A stretch of 64,000 nt of DNA from Ruditapes philippinarum (Eukaryota): NCBI RefSeq assembly GCF_026571515.1, contig NW_026858824.1, forward strand, positions 248,001 through 312,000, written 5' to 3'. A program made the translations under genes and the position numbers. Of the stretch, positions 1 to 11,555 are shown piece after piece (the stretch's first letter is position 1; each line of letters starts with the position of its first letter). Below the pieces are notes generated by a model that did no database searches, was not told the DNA's origin, and saw only the letters and a list, made by a program, of their open reading frames with translations.

Positions 1-17
1 CCAAGCATGGGCGATCA

Positions 18-3000
18 TTGTCCTGGAAATCTTTAGAATGGCAAACTAAAGCTGGCATAGTGCAACTTCACAAGCTCAGCTCAAACTGTGTTGGAAAGGT
101 TTCACTATTACAGAAAACTATTGTTCCTCCACTGTCTGAGATACAAACTTTGACAAAAGCAAATTATCCCTTGTATGAGAACAACTATTTGATAGAACCT
201 TTTAAAGAATCCCCTAAGAAAGGTCTTTTAATAGCTAGGAGTCTTGTAGCTACTGATGGAACGCATGCCTGTTGTGTATTTAATGCTACAGATAAGCCTG
301 TTGTACTAAAACAAGGTCAGACCATAGGTACAGTCAATATGATAGAACAAGTGGTTAATACAGAACAAGAAAAAAATTTGGATTATGCCAATTCTTTGCC
401 TGAGCACTTGAGGCCATTGATAGAGAATATTTCTTCTGAATTGACAAAAGATGAGAGGTCTAGATTTACAAACTTAATTATGAAATATCAAGATATATTC
501 GTAGGACCTGATGGAAAATTGGGTCAAGCTAAATTCGCTGCTCATAAAATCAATACAGGTGAGGCACGTCCTATTAAGGTCCCTCCTCGTAAATATTCAC
601 CTGCTCAAAGAGAAGTGATAGAAAATGAAATAGATAAAATGTTGGATCAAAATATTATTCGTCCAAGCGATAGCCCTTGGTCATCTCCTATTTGTCTTGT
701 AAAAAAGTCAGACGGGAGTTGGCGATTCGCTATTGACTATAGACAGTTGAATTCCGTGACTGTAACTGACGCTTATCCATTACCTAATACTCAGCTAATT
801 TTTGACACTTTAGCTGGCTCAAAATTTTATAGTTGTATTGACCTAGCTTCAGGATACTGGCAGGTCCCTATGCATCCCGAAGATCAGTGTAAGACTGCAT
901 TTGCAACACCAAGTCGTGGCTTACACGAATTTCTGGTTATGCCATTCGGATTAGTAAATGCTGGTGCAACCTTTGAAAGACTAATTGAACTTGTTCTAGG
1001 GCGCTTACAGTGGCGGAAATGTTTATGTTATTTAGATGACGTAGTTATTCCTGGTCATGACTTTGAAAGTGCCCTCGAAAATCTCACAGAAGTGTTCGAA
1101 AGATTGAGACAAGCAAATCTAAAATTAAAGCCTTCCAAATGTAAATTTTTTCAAAAACAAGTTTCATTTTTAGGCCATGTTATTTCAGAAAAGGGAGTCA
1201 GTTGTGACCCCAAAAAGATCTCGGCGGTAATAGATTGGCCCCAACCAGAAAATAAAACTCAGATTAAAAGTTTTCTTGGTTTAGTCAATTACTATAGGCC
1301 TCATATCCCGGATTGTGCCGAGATTTGTCAACCCTTAACAGAACTGACAAAAAAGAAAGTACGATTTCGCTGGAATGATGAGTGTGAAAAAGCCTTTAAT
1401 CTACTGAAATCAAAATTAACTGAATCTCGGTGTTAGCATATCCTTCTCGAGATGGCATTTTTATTTTTGGAAACGGATGCCTCAGCCTTCGGAATAGCTG
1501 CGATTTTGTCACAAATACAGGACAAGCGGGAGGTAGTCATTGCTTACGCAAGTAAAGCTCTCTCGGCTTCGCAACAAAATTATTGTACTACCATGAGAGA
1601 ATTACTTGCTGTAGTAACCTTTGTCCGCCATTTCAGACATTATTTACTTGGTAAACGCTTCGAAATACGTACAGATCATGCTAGCCTCGTTTGGCTTAAA
1701 AATTTTAAGGATGCTGATGGAATGTTGAGTAGATGGCTTAGCATATTATTTACTTTTGACTTTGAAATCGTTCATCGTAAAGGGTCTCATATGAAGCATG
1801 TTGATGCGTTATCTAGATCAGTTAAAAATTGTAAACATGGGCAATGTGTAGACTGCGCACCTAAAAAGACGGATTGTGTCTTATCTTGCCACAAAATTGC
1901 ATTGGGAGGGTCAAAACAGTCTACCTCGCGACATATAGCAGACGGTGCGGTTTCAGGCCTTGAGCTTGAATCACCAGACAATGGGTCTGAGAATACTAGT
2001 ACTTTCGCGGTCGAAAGTGGCACTGCTATCTCCGTAAATACTATAAGTAATGAGTCTGAGAGTTGCCCTTTGACTAATTGGGTGGGATCATTCGGAAAAG
2101 ATGAGTTAAGAAAACTTCAACTTGAAGATCCTTGTATCAGTGTCATTTTATTGGCTAAGGAAAATGACAACATTCCCACTAAAGATGATATTAAAAATTT
2201 TGATTCAGAAACTAAAACATTATGTTTACATTGGGAATTGTTAACCCTACATGACGGAGTTCTTTATAAACAAATGTTTTCTGATTTCAGTACATATCAT
2301 GCTTTGATATTACCACAAGTGCTAAGAAAAGATGTTTTTGATCAGTTACATGTTAAAAGAATCTCGGGACATTTTGGTAGAGATCGCACGTTAGAGGCTG
2401 TTAAAAAACGTTTCTATTGGCCGAATATGTCTGATAGTATTAAAAGATGGTGCGTAGAATGTGACTTATGTGCAAGATGTAAACCTGGTCCTGGGGTCGG
2501 AAAATCCCCGCTGCAACAATTTTCAGTCAGTAGACGATTTCAGGTAGTAGCTATTGACATTTGCGGTCCTTTGCCAATTTCAGATAGCAATAACGAGTAT
2601 ATCATGGTTGTCGGTGACTACTTTACCAAATGGAAAGAAGCGTTTGCAATACCTGATCAAACGGCATTTACAGTAGCGGATAAGCTAGTTACTGAAGTAA
2701 TATGCCGATTTGGTTGTCCAGAACAAATACATACTGACCAAGGTCGAAATTTTACTTCCAAATTATTTACGGAAGTATGTAAGTTCTTAGAAATAGACAA
2801 AACCAGAACCTGTCCTTACAGACCCCAGAGTTGATGGCCTTGGGCGATTCATGGCGTAAGCTTAAACAAATGTTTTCCCACATTTTTGCTGTATGATAAT
2901 CAAATAACTTGGGGACGAATATTTACCTTTTATCTCATGAATTGGCATTAGGGGAACAGAGCCCTAAGTACCAAATGTACTCCAAAATATGTTTAATGTT

Positions 3001-3584
3001 TGCTCAAGGGAAAAATAAGATGCCCCTTTTGATTTGATGTTATGGTTTCTCCACCAAATCAACCAGGAATTTGTATGTTCCCCGTACCGTTATGTTAGAG
3101 TTGGGTTACAGGCTTGCATAACCATTAAAGCTTAATTTTAAAACGGCCCATAGAAATATATTAGGTTTGCTGCAAAACATCAAAGAAATTTGACCCATGA
3201 TTTTAAAACCTTTCCTAAAATAAGGAGAGTTTCAAAAGAAGGTGTTATGTATGGCGCTGGTACCCACCTAATAATAACCAAAAGTTAGAATTAGGTTGGA
3301 TCGGTCCATATAAGATAATCATCAAGAGATCAAGTCTAGTTTATGCTATACAAAAAGACCCAAACGCTAGAATCATTCACGTACATGTGGATCATTTGAA
3401 GCTGTATTCAGGAGCCGAAGCACCCAGTGCTTGGCAAATTGAGAATTGCTCAGCTACTTATAATGATGATAACCATTATGATATTGATAACATTGAGAGT
3501 GATGCTGAGGACATTGCTCCCCTAACTCCTGTGAAATCTCGTTTTGGTCGCTCGATAAGACCTAGACAGATTTACAGTCCTTAA
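18..3584 (+). pseudogene. pol: Gypsy pol polyprotein (RT, RNase H, integrase), frameshifted near 1430 and garbled ~2830-3240
   Basis: RT motifs DYRQLN, DLASGYWQ, MPFGL, YLDD; RNase H ETDAS..RELLA..TDHASL..DALSR; integrase HHCC (H..GHFG..CDLC) and DICGP..HTDQGRNF. TES-VLAYP junction at ~1430 is one base short. Confidence 0.95.
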
Positions 3585-4144
3585 ATAGGTAGTAAAGTAC
3601 AGACACAGATAGTAACCAAATCGCACTATTGTTCAACATAACATTTTGTTTTAATGATTTTTTTTTTTTTACTCATTTTTTTTATAGATACCATATATAT
3701 TTAAAGAGATACCTTATGTAGGTATAAATGTGATGTTGAGTTAATGTTCGTCCACGCGAGACCGATCAATGTCTGGGTGCTTGCGTGACGTGGCCATAAT
3801 GAATGTATATTACTATATATGTGTATACATATATGTGATTATATATAATGGGTAAAATAAGACATAAAAATGTCTAGGTACAATGAATATGTAATTATCT
3901 TTATATTCATAATTAGGAAAAATATCCATATGATATTTCAAAATCGTTCTTTTTATTTTGTTTGTATATCCAACTTACTGTAACGTTGTTTTAACATATC
4001 AATATAACAAAGCGACTTCAAATATGGTAGTGGTTAAACATGTTATATGTCAAACATGTTTATTTATGTATTAATGTATGCATACTGTTCATGTAATTTC
4101 TACTGAACTTATCATCAGTTGTTTGTTTTTTGTTAGATATAAAC

Positions 4145-4622
4145 ATGGACGAAATAGTCTTAGATGAAGACACGTCAATTCCTGGAACTCCATTCCCAAA
4201 GCTAGGAATGTGCTGTGAGGTTTGCAGCATGCAACAATCTGAAAGTATTTCGGACATTTTGCCAGTACAGGAACCATTTTAATGCATATTATGTGCCTCT
4301 AGTGAAATTATGGATATGTCCAGGATGTAACAAGACCTTTGCTTATAAGCGTAATCTTCAGGCTCACACAAGTCATAAACAGACAAAATGTTTCAAAAAG
4401 CCTATTACTATTAAGTCTGTAAGAAATGAAAAATATATCGATCCTGAGGGAATTTCCATGCCAGCCTACAATACTTATGACAATTCCAGGGTAACTAAGC
4501 AAGAGAGAATAGACCACGACAAAAAGTGTGGAAAGCTCAAAAGGGATGCCTGCAGAGAATACGCAGAGAATAAAACAAAATGGCAAAGACTTGCTAGAGA
4601 AATTGGCCACTGTGGACAGTAA
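4145..4622 (+). CDS. Accessory ~158-aa C2H2 zinc-finger ORF inside the Gypsy element (one extra T at 4221-4223)
   Basis: ATG 4145 follows a polypyrimidine tract and AG at 4135-4136; removing one T joins MDEIVLDEDTSIPGTPFPKLGMCCEV to ORF 4215-4622; CPGCNKTFAYKRNLQAHTSH is a C2H2-type finger. Confidence 0.65.
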
Positions 4623-4772
4623 TGTTAATCAATAAATGCAATTTAATATGTTGTAAACATTTGAAACTTATTAATTGTTGTTGGTTATTATTGTATATTG
4701 TGAGGGCATTTACATTTTTGTTATAAAAAAAATGACATTTAATATCATTTTTTTTTTATAAGGGGGGAGGTG

Positions 4773-5430
4773 TGTAATAGTTTTTGTAGTTAGATATTTT
4801 TCTTAACATGTAAAAATATATATAAAGGGAAATAATTACTTCAAATATAATTGTTAAGTATTTACATTCTACATTAAAATAAAGGGAAATAATAATAAAC
4901 ATTTCATTTTCAAATTAAACACAGCTTTGATATTAAATTGTTTTTGTAATTGTTAAAACAGTATATTATTATGAAATTCTGATGAATGGTTAAAATTTTG
5001 GTGTACTTTTGAGAAATTTTAAAACCATGTTAAACATTATATTGTGAGTTAAATATAAACTCCTGTTTGCATTACTGTAATCGGTGGATTTCTAATTGGA
5101 TTGGACATAAGTATATAGTTACTGGTCCTAAGTTTGTGTGGTAAGTAATGGTAAGAAGCCTGAGGAAAGTTAATAGTAAACACCTCGATAGGGCTACACT
5201 GCCACTGATGAAGTTGTACTAATTAACACTTCAGACATTATATATTTGATGAAATCATATTGAGTTAAACTGTACTTTGGGAATATTTATGTATTATAAA
5301 TGAAATTTAATCTTATTTCACAAAATTAAATGTCATTAATTTGATCTGTTTTGTTGTTACTGTTGCTAAATTAGGCCCAGTGCTCGAACCATTCGGGGCT
5401 GTAGTCACCCCGCAAACTAATCCGGCTACA
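4773..5430 (+). repeat. 3' LTR (658 bp) of the Gypsy element
   Basis: Starts TGTA 2 nt after the PPT and ends TACA at the boundary with duplicated host sequence; partner LTR is outside the window. Confidence 0.8.
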
Positions 5431-7350
5431 GTATTTATAAAAAAAGGAAACGTTTTTTTCTGTTCTGTTTTCATGTAAATGTTATTGTATACAGTTAAAT
5501 GAAATGATTTTGTATAAATAGATAAGTAATTACCTTCCTCCCCCGATATTTACAAGCGCATCTGTATATCCCATCTTCTCAGTCTTCTTTATGTAATCTT
5601 TACATTCCTAAAATCGAGTTATAATGTATAACTTGTATACTATATATGGCAAAATGTCCATTGCAAAAAAGTACCTCTTATATAGTTCAATGACCAGGAC
5701 TTTCGGAGGGAATTAGAGTCTATGTGTTTAATAGGAAATTAATACATTAATTAAACAATCTTAGACCTCTCTTTCTGGGTTGATGACATTAGGCCTATAA
5801 ATATATTTTATGGTTTAACGTTGATGATAATTAAGGAGGGTATTTCTACAGTGATAAATTATATTAGAATGATATCGATCTTATTGAAGAATGTGCGTCT
5901 AAAAATTGAACCAACTTGATCAAAAACATAGCATACCTTTTCTGTTAAAACGTTCCGTAAAACAAAAGCTAGTTTTCCTTCGAAATCTTCTGGTAATGTT
6001 ACGTCTTCCCGAGTAATACGATTGTCATGTTCGTGTATACCTTCATCACCGTGGACTTTAGAGTCTTCATTCCCGTTAGTTCTAGCCTCTTCATTTACGT
6101 CACTACTTTCCTCTGAGTTAATGTTTATTTCTTCAACACCTTGACATAATGTTTTACTGGTTTCGGTTTCGTCTATTAAATTCGGCTCCATTTTATCCAA
6201 TGACAGATATAATGACACGCAATAAATAAACGGTTTATCCCGGTACCTATAACTTAACTAAACTCAAATGGTTAGTAACGTTATAATGTCACAATAGCAT
6301 ATATCAACAACCGATGTTTAAAAATAGACAGGATTGTCATAAATCTATATAGGCTATTTGGCGATTATTATCGATCGGGTTTTTGGACATAGGTATAATT
6401 AGAATTATGTGTACTTGAGAAATGAGTCATTAAGAATACTGCATTGATTAAAAATAATCCATTTCAGGCATTTGATTTGATCTATTAGAATCTATTCAAT
6501 ATTAATAAAATAATTTGGAATTCCTCGCCAAAACCCAACTAAAGTGAACTGCACGAAATAAAAATATATATTCATATTTCAACGTCTATAATAATACACT
6601 TATTATAGACGTTGAAATATGATTTTTTTTTTTCAAAACGGCTTATATTAAGTTTTTTTATATATATGATCAGTACATGTGCTGGGATTGACAAATATGC
6701 ATTTTATTTGGATTTTTAAGGCGTTTTGAGCTCCACAACTCAAGTGTCTGTGGAGAAAGTGGGAGTCTCCCACTAAAGATGGGAGAGTTCACATGTATGG
6801 ACATGGACACCTGCTTCCGTATGTTTTGAGTGAATTTTTCATAATTTCTAGAGATTTAATTAATTAGTCAAAATCAATTTTTTAAAATGTGTATAGATTA
6901 TTGATCTACAAAAAATATCAACGCTACATCAATATTGTTTCTATCGATGATTTCTATTGTTGATGATACAAAATATTTTATGTTTAGCGTTGAACACTCA
7001 GCTGCATTTGAGTGGTAAATCTGAAAAACTGTAAATCTAAAGATCAGGAGGTTTGTACCCAGGTCTGTTACAGATTGTCGGTATAAATAACATGCTCACT
7101 CACCCCTTGGTATACCGGTGCCTCATATCTACATGGTACTTAAATGTTTAACAAACACAACAAAAGTTAGAAGAATAAAGTTGTGAATATTATCATGAAT
7201 GTTGAGGGAAAGACATGTCAGGGTATATATCATATATCAAGAGTCTAAGAAGGTGATTAGCTTGGGATATAGCTCAGTTGGTTAGACCACTGACTATCAC
7301 TCCTGAGGTCCAGGGTTTGATCCTGGGTAACACCCTTGGGACTTTTCAGA
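5431..7350. repeat. Segmental duplicate of ~13620-16040
   Basis: Collinear similarity across exon 2, intron 1, exon 1, upstream region and the terminal SINE head; offset 8220 bp at exon 2. Confidence 0.9.
5534..6191 (-). CDS. 2OG-Fe(II) oxygenase paralog B, exons 1-2 only (6191-5937, 5607-5534); remainder expected left of the window
   Basis: Exon 1 (85 aa) aligns with exon 1 of the 11556-14413 gene; exon 2 is identical to 13827-13754; intact GT/AG sites. Confidence 0.85.
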
Positions 7351-7400
7351 GACACTTTCAGTGTTTCCCACCTACTTAGATTATTCATACCAAACCATTA
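7262..7400 (+). mobile_element. tRNA-derived SINE fragment (duplicate head at ~15953-16039)
   Basis: A box TAGCTCAGTTGGTTAGA and degenerate B box GGGTTTGATCCTG; no intact cloverleaf. Confidence 0.65.
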
Positions 7401-8269
7401 ATGATGCTGATGTTTGAACTAAGAGTAGCTATTAAGTTGGATTTAAGTTACATATAAATGTCCATGAATTAAGTTATTTGATAAAAAATAAATACTTTGA
7501 TAAAAAAGATAATTTTAGGCATCTTTACTGACTTTTATTGGTTATGTACATATCAGTTTAATCTTTCATTGCTGAACACTATTTCATCATTTAAATTTAT
7601 GTATTTATAGTAAAAGATTTAAATCACGGTGCATATCCATATCGTTACCCTCTTTGCGAAATCTGCTCCAACGGTACCCTCTTTGAACATGCACAGGTCA
7701 TTCTCTGCTAAAACAAACCAGCGGTGGATAACAATCCAGTAACAAGGAAAGGAGGTATGACACGTAGAAAAGATGTATACCACGGAACACTAGAATGTTT
7801 TATTTATGTGTTAATTTGTCATGTGCCCGATTTTCATGTACTGCAACTTCACAATAAGCTACAAAAAATCGACATGTCTTGCCTCGCCCATCATCTCAAC
7901 ATATTTTTTGGGCTGAAATGAACCTGTGGCTTGATTATATATGCATCATAAATATTTAATATGTTCATATACATATCATCTTCGGACAAATGACAGTGTA
8001 TTGTCAAAAATAAATGAAAAATTCATAAAAACACCATACTTTCGGTTTTGCAGCGGCACGGGCTACCTCTCTTCATTTGAATTTTTATATCACAGGTACC
8101 CTCTCAATTTTTAACACATAGGTATCTTCAAAGCAAAACATATGCTTTTATTTGCGTTATTCGTTAAGTATGTATGTAATATTTCTCACTTATATGTAAA
8201 TATTACATACTCAGCGATTAACGCAAATAAAAGCAAACTACTCAAACGATTTTTTTTTATCCCGAAACC

Positions 8270-9111
8270 AAGTGCCTCTGCTATATGCGGGGTGTAGCAA
8301 AACTTCAATTCCTGCTCCTCTCAATAAGCTTCGCTAGCTGCGCATGTGCATTATCATAAGTAATTTGATTCTGCGCACCCCGGACTAGACCTTAGGTTTT
8401 TTGTTATGCAGTTATAAACTACAGCAGTGAGAACATGGTCACGCTAAAATGTTCCAGTGACACTACCCCCATCAGGTACGGCGACACGGGCCTCTATTCC
8501 ATCACCGTCAAAAATAGAGCGTACATAACTCTTAAAGCTCAAGCTACGTCGGGCAACAACCAGACGATCGATGTTTTCACTTAACCACATTTTGCTAAAC
8601 GGGTTCAAACAAAACACAGAATTAAATAAATAAATGAATACATAAATAAAAATACATTTGTACAATTTCTCTCAGGCATCTAGGGTAAATAAAGCTGAGG
8701 CTTTTTCAACCAGCAGAAGTTAGCAAATGCGGGATCCAACGGGCGCACACTTTCTTTAACTTCAACTTTTCTTTCAAGATGGAAAACATACATGTATAAG
8801 ATGAAAGGCCCGATAAGTCACCTAGCTCCTGTGCGGTTTATCTTGCATCTTCAACAACTATGGCTTTGACAGTGATATTGCATTTTCAGAGGTAGCGGAA
8901 ATTAGCTGTCCAGGACGGGGATCATCCTTTACATTAGTTCCACCTTCCTAAAACATTGACGCTCACATGGATATTGTACGATATGGAGGGCATTTTCTCC
9001 ATAATCTAAATCTAGATTCACTTTTATTTTTGACGCGCATTTACCCAATGTTCCACGAATTTTGCAATAAGCTTTTTGCTCCTCTCTCAAATCACAATGC
9101 AACTCAGCCAT
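8270..9111 (-). mobile_element. Degenerate mariner transposase
   Basis: Across frames: N-terminal IRGTLG..DYGENAL, DDPRPG, LKLKKVCARWIPHLLT (WVPHEL-type motif, ~8720-8765), IFDGDGI..VPDG, EVLLHPAYS; multiple stops and frameshifts. Confidence 0.8.
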
Positions 9112-9471
9112 GTTTACAACCAGTATACAAAACACATGCATTTAAATGGCCTACTAAAATCTTATTGCACGTACAAATCGTGTGAAAATAGACTATTGGT
9201 GAGAAAAAACAATAATCTTTCTGACGGTACATTTCATGTTCAAATATTGGTTAAATTGGGTTGTTATGTCTCTCGTATTAGAAATCTTTAGTTTACGTTA
9301 CTTTTGTCCAATACTTCTGGGACCCTAGGTGTTGCCTGTGACCCATTGTGTGATTTGCTCTCACCAGAATAAACCCTTTTCCTTGGAATTAAACTCCATA
9401 CTATGATAAAACTTTTTATAAATCAAGTTTCTACTGAGCAGGTCACTTGTATTAGGTTAAGGTTAACTGAT

Positions 9472-10157
9472 TTTTAGCTCAACCTTTTCGCACTATTGTC
9501 GGCGTCCTGTAGTTAAGTTTTTGAGTATAAGCTGGTATATCCATAACTACTGAAGGGAATAGATTGAACACACTTATTCTCTGTGATTATCTAACATGAT
9601 TAGCACAAGTCACATAACTCTAATTTGCTTTTGTGCATAATTATGCCCCTTTTTCGACTTAGAAATTCTTGGTTAATTCTTTGCATGTAAGCTTGTATGT
9701 CAATAAATACTAAAGGGAATGGATTGAAATTTCAAATATTTGTTTTCTGTGATAACCTAACATGATTGGCACAAGTCCCATAACTCTGATTTGTTTTTTT
9801 CATATTCATGCCCCTTTTTCGAAGTTCTTGGTCAAGTTTTTGCGTGCCATAACTACTGAAGGGTTTGTGCCTTTTTGTGACAATTTTATGAATTCATATA
9901 TAGTAATAAAGCAGTGATTTACTCGATAAAACATCTTAATAACAAGCTAGCTAAAGAGGCTTCAGCGAACAGGTTTTATCGCAACGTCAAAATAAAAGCC
10001 ACATATAAAGTTATGGAAGCCAGAACTAATAACAAGCCTTTGTACCTTTTGAACATTTTTGTTGTATTCATATAGTTAAGCATTATTATACTCTATAAAA
10101 TACCCTAGTGACAACTTTTTCTAATAGTCGAGCGTCGCTGTCCTCCGACAGCTCTTA
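9472..10157 (-). mobile_element. Helentron-associated (HINE/Pearl-like) non-autonomous element, same family as 47327-48804
   Basis: 10123-10156 is the reverse complement of the head AAGAGCTGTCGG..GGACAGC..CGCTCGACTATT at 47327; two degenerate core repeats. Confidence 0.7.
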
Positions 10158-11555
10158 ATTTTGTTTATAAACTGAAGGATTGATATTGTTGTCTACTTTA
10201 TAGCAACTTCAATGACATCTCTTGTACTTAATTCCTAAGCAGGTGAAGCTTGCAACAGATAGGAAACCTGTTCCCAGTAGAATTCAAATGACTTCTGCTC
10301 ATGAGGGCATCAAAAAGGGGTGTTTTTCAAACTGATTTCAGAAAAGGATACCTAAAGCGTTACCTGTGTCTCATTTCAGTAAATTATTTAATATTTGATG
10401 CCGTGGTTGGCCATGACTTGCAGGTGACACCGGTTAACTGCGGCTTATCAAAATAGAAGTGTGCTACAGACTATGAGTGTGTGTGTGTGATTCAGTGAAC
10501 TTTTTAACAGGTGATGTGAATGTTTTAACAGGTGAAGCTCAAAAGACATTTTATTTCAAATAAGCATCATAAATTTCTGTTAAAGAATAAACATCATTTA
10601 CATTGTAAGAGCAATACTCAGGACAAGTTGTCAAGTTTTGTTACTATATTCAAGTATAGGTAAGGTTAGTGCGGCTTAATTGTGCGTAGTCTGTCCTTTT
10701 TGTATTTTAGTTACAGCTATGAATTACGGACCATATGCGAAGTTTCAGACGCGGAAATGGAATTTGATATCAGTTGACCAAGATTCTAACCTCCTGCCTG
10801 TTTTGTCTATAATCATCAATATAATTGTATGATATCCTTGCCATTTAGTCTTTATCAATAGGTGAGCGATCAAGGGCCATCCCGGCCCCTTTTGCACAAT
10901 AATAAGTAAACTTATATGTTAATATACATTTTACTATAAGCAACGGCAATAATTAACAAAAGAAATATATACAAATGTATGTTCCTATTGTAATCAAGAA
11001 CTAACAGTTGCTGTATTGCACAGTATAAATCACAACAGTAACAAATAACATAATGAAATTCATCAGTATTGGCATAAAAATTGATATACATATATATACA
11101 TATATTAATAATACTTAAAATTATCAACACAGGAGCACTGCTCGAGATATCTTGTAAAAATATTGTTTATTTGAATTACAATAAAATTACGTTCTTGTTG
11201 TTTGTTTGCAGAAACTTGTTTGTCTGATGAATTTTCTTATTGGTGTATACATTAACTGACCAGCAGTATTTTAACAAATATCTTCACAGCATGCAACTGT
11301 CCTTTTCAGTGTAACTCGGGTTATATTTTTCAGATATACTCAAATCAACCCAGTCTTTTCTAACTACTGTTCAGTCAGTTCTTAAAGTGAAAAACTTAAG
11401 ATAACACTTAGAAAGATCTGGCAAATAGTGATCTACAGAAGAATTCGATCATGAATATCTGCAGACCCTAACTAAGAATGCCGTTTTTTTCTAATTTGTT
11501 CTTGTAGATATTTGTACAATGAAGTCTAGAATTTACACAGCTCTTAACCCATCAC

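Larger units (their letters stand above)
1..5430 (+). mobile_element. Ty3/Gypsy LTR retrotransposon, 3' part (5' part lies upstream of the window), inserted in intron 2 of the oxygenase paralog
   Basis: pol RT-RNaseH-integrase order; polypurine tract AAGGGGGGAGG 4760-4770; 3' LTR TGTAA..CTACA 4773-5430; sequence after 5430 resumes homology to the intron at ~13620. Confidence 0.95.
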
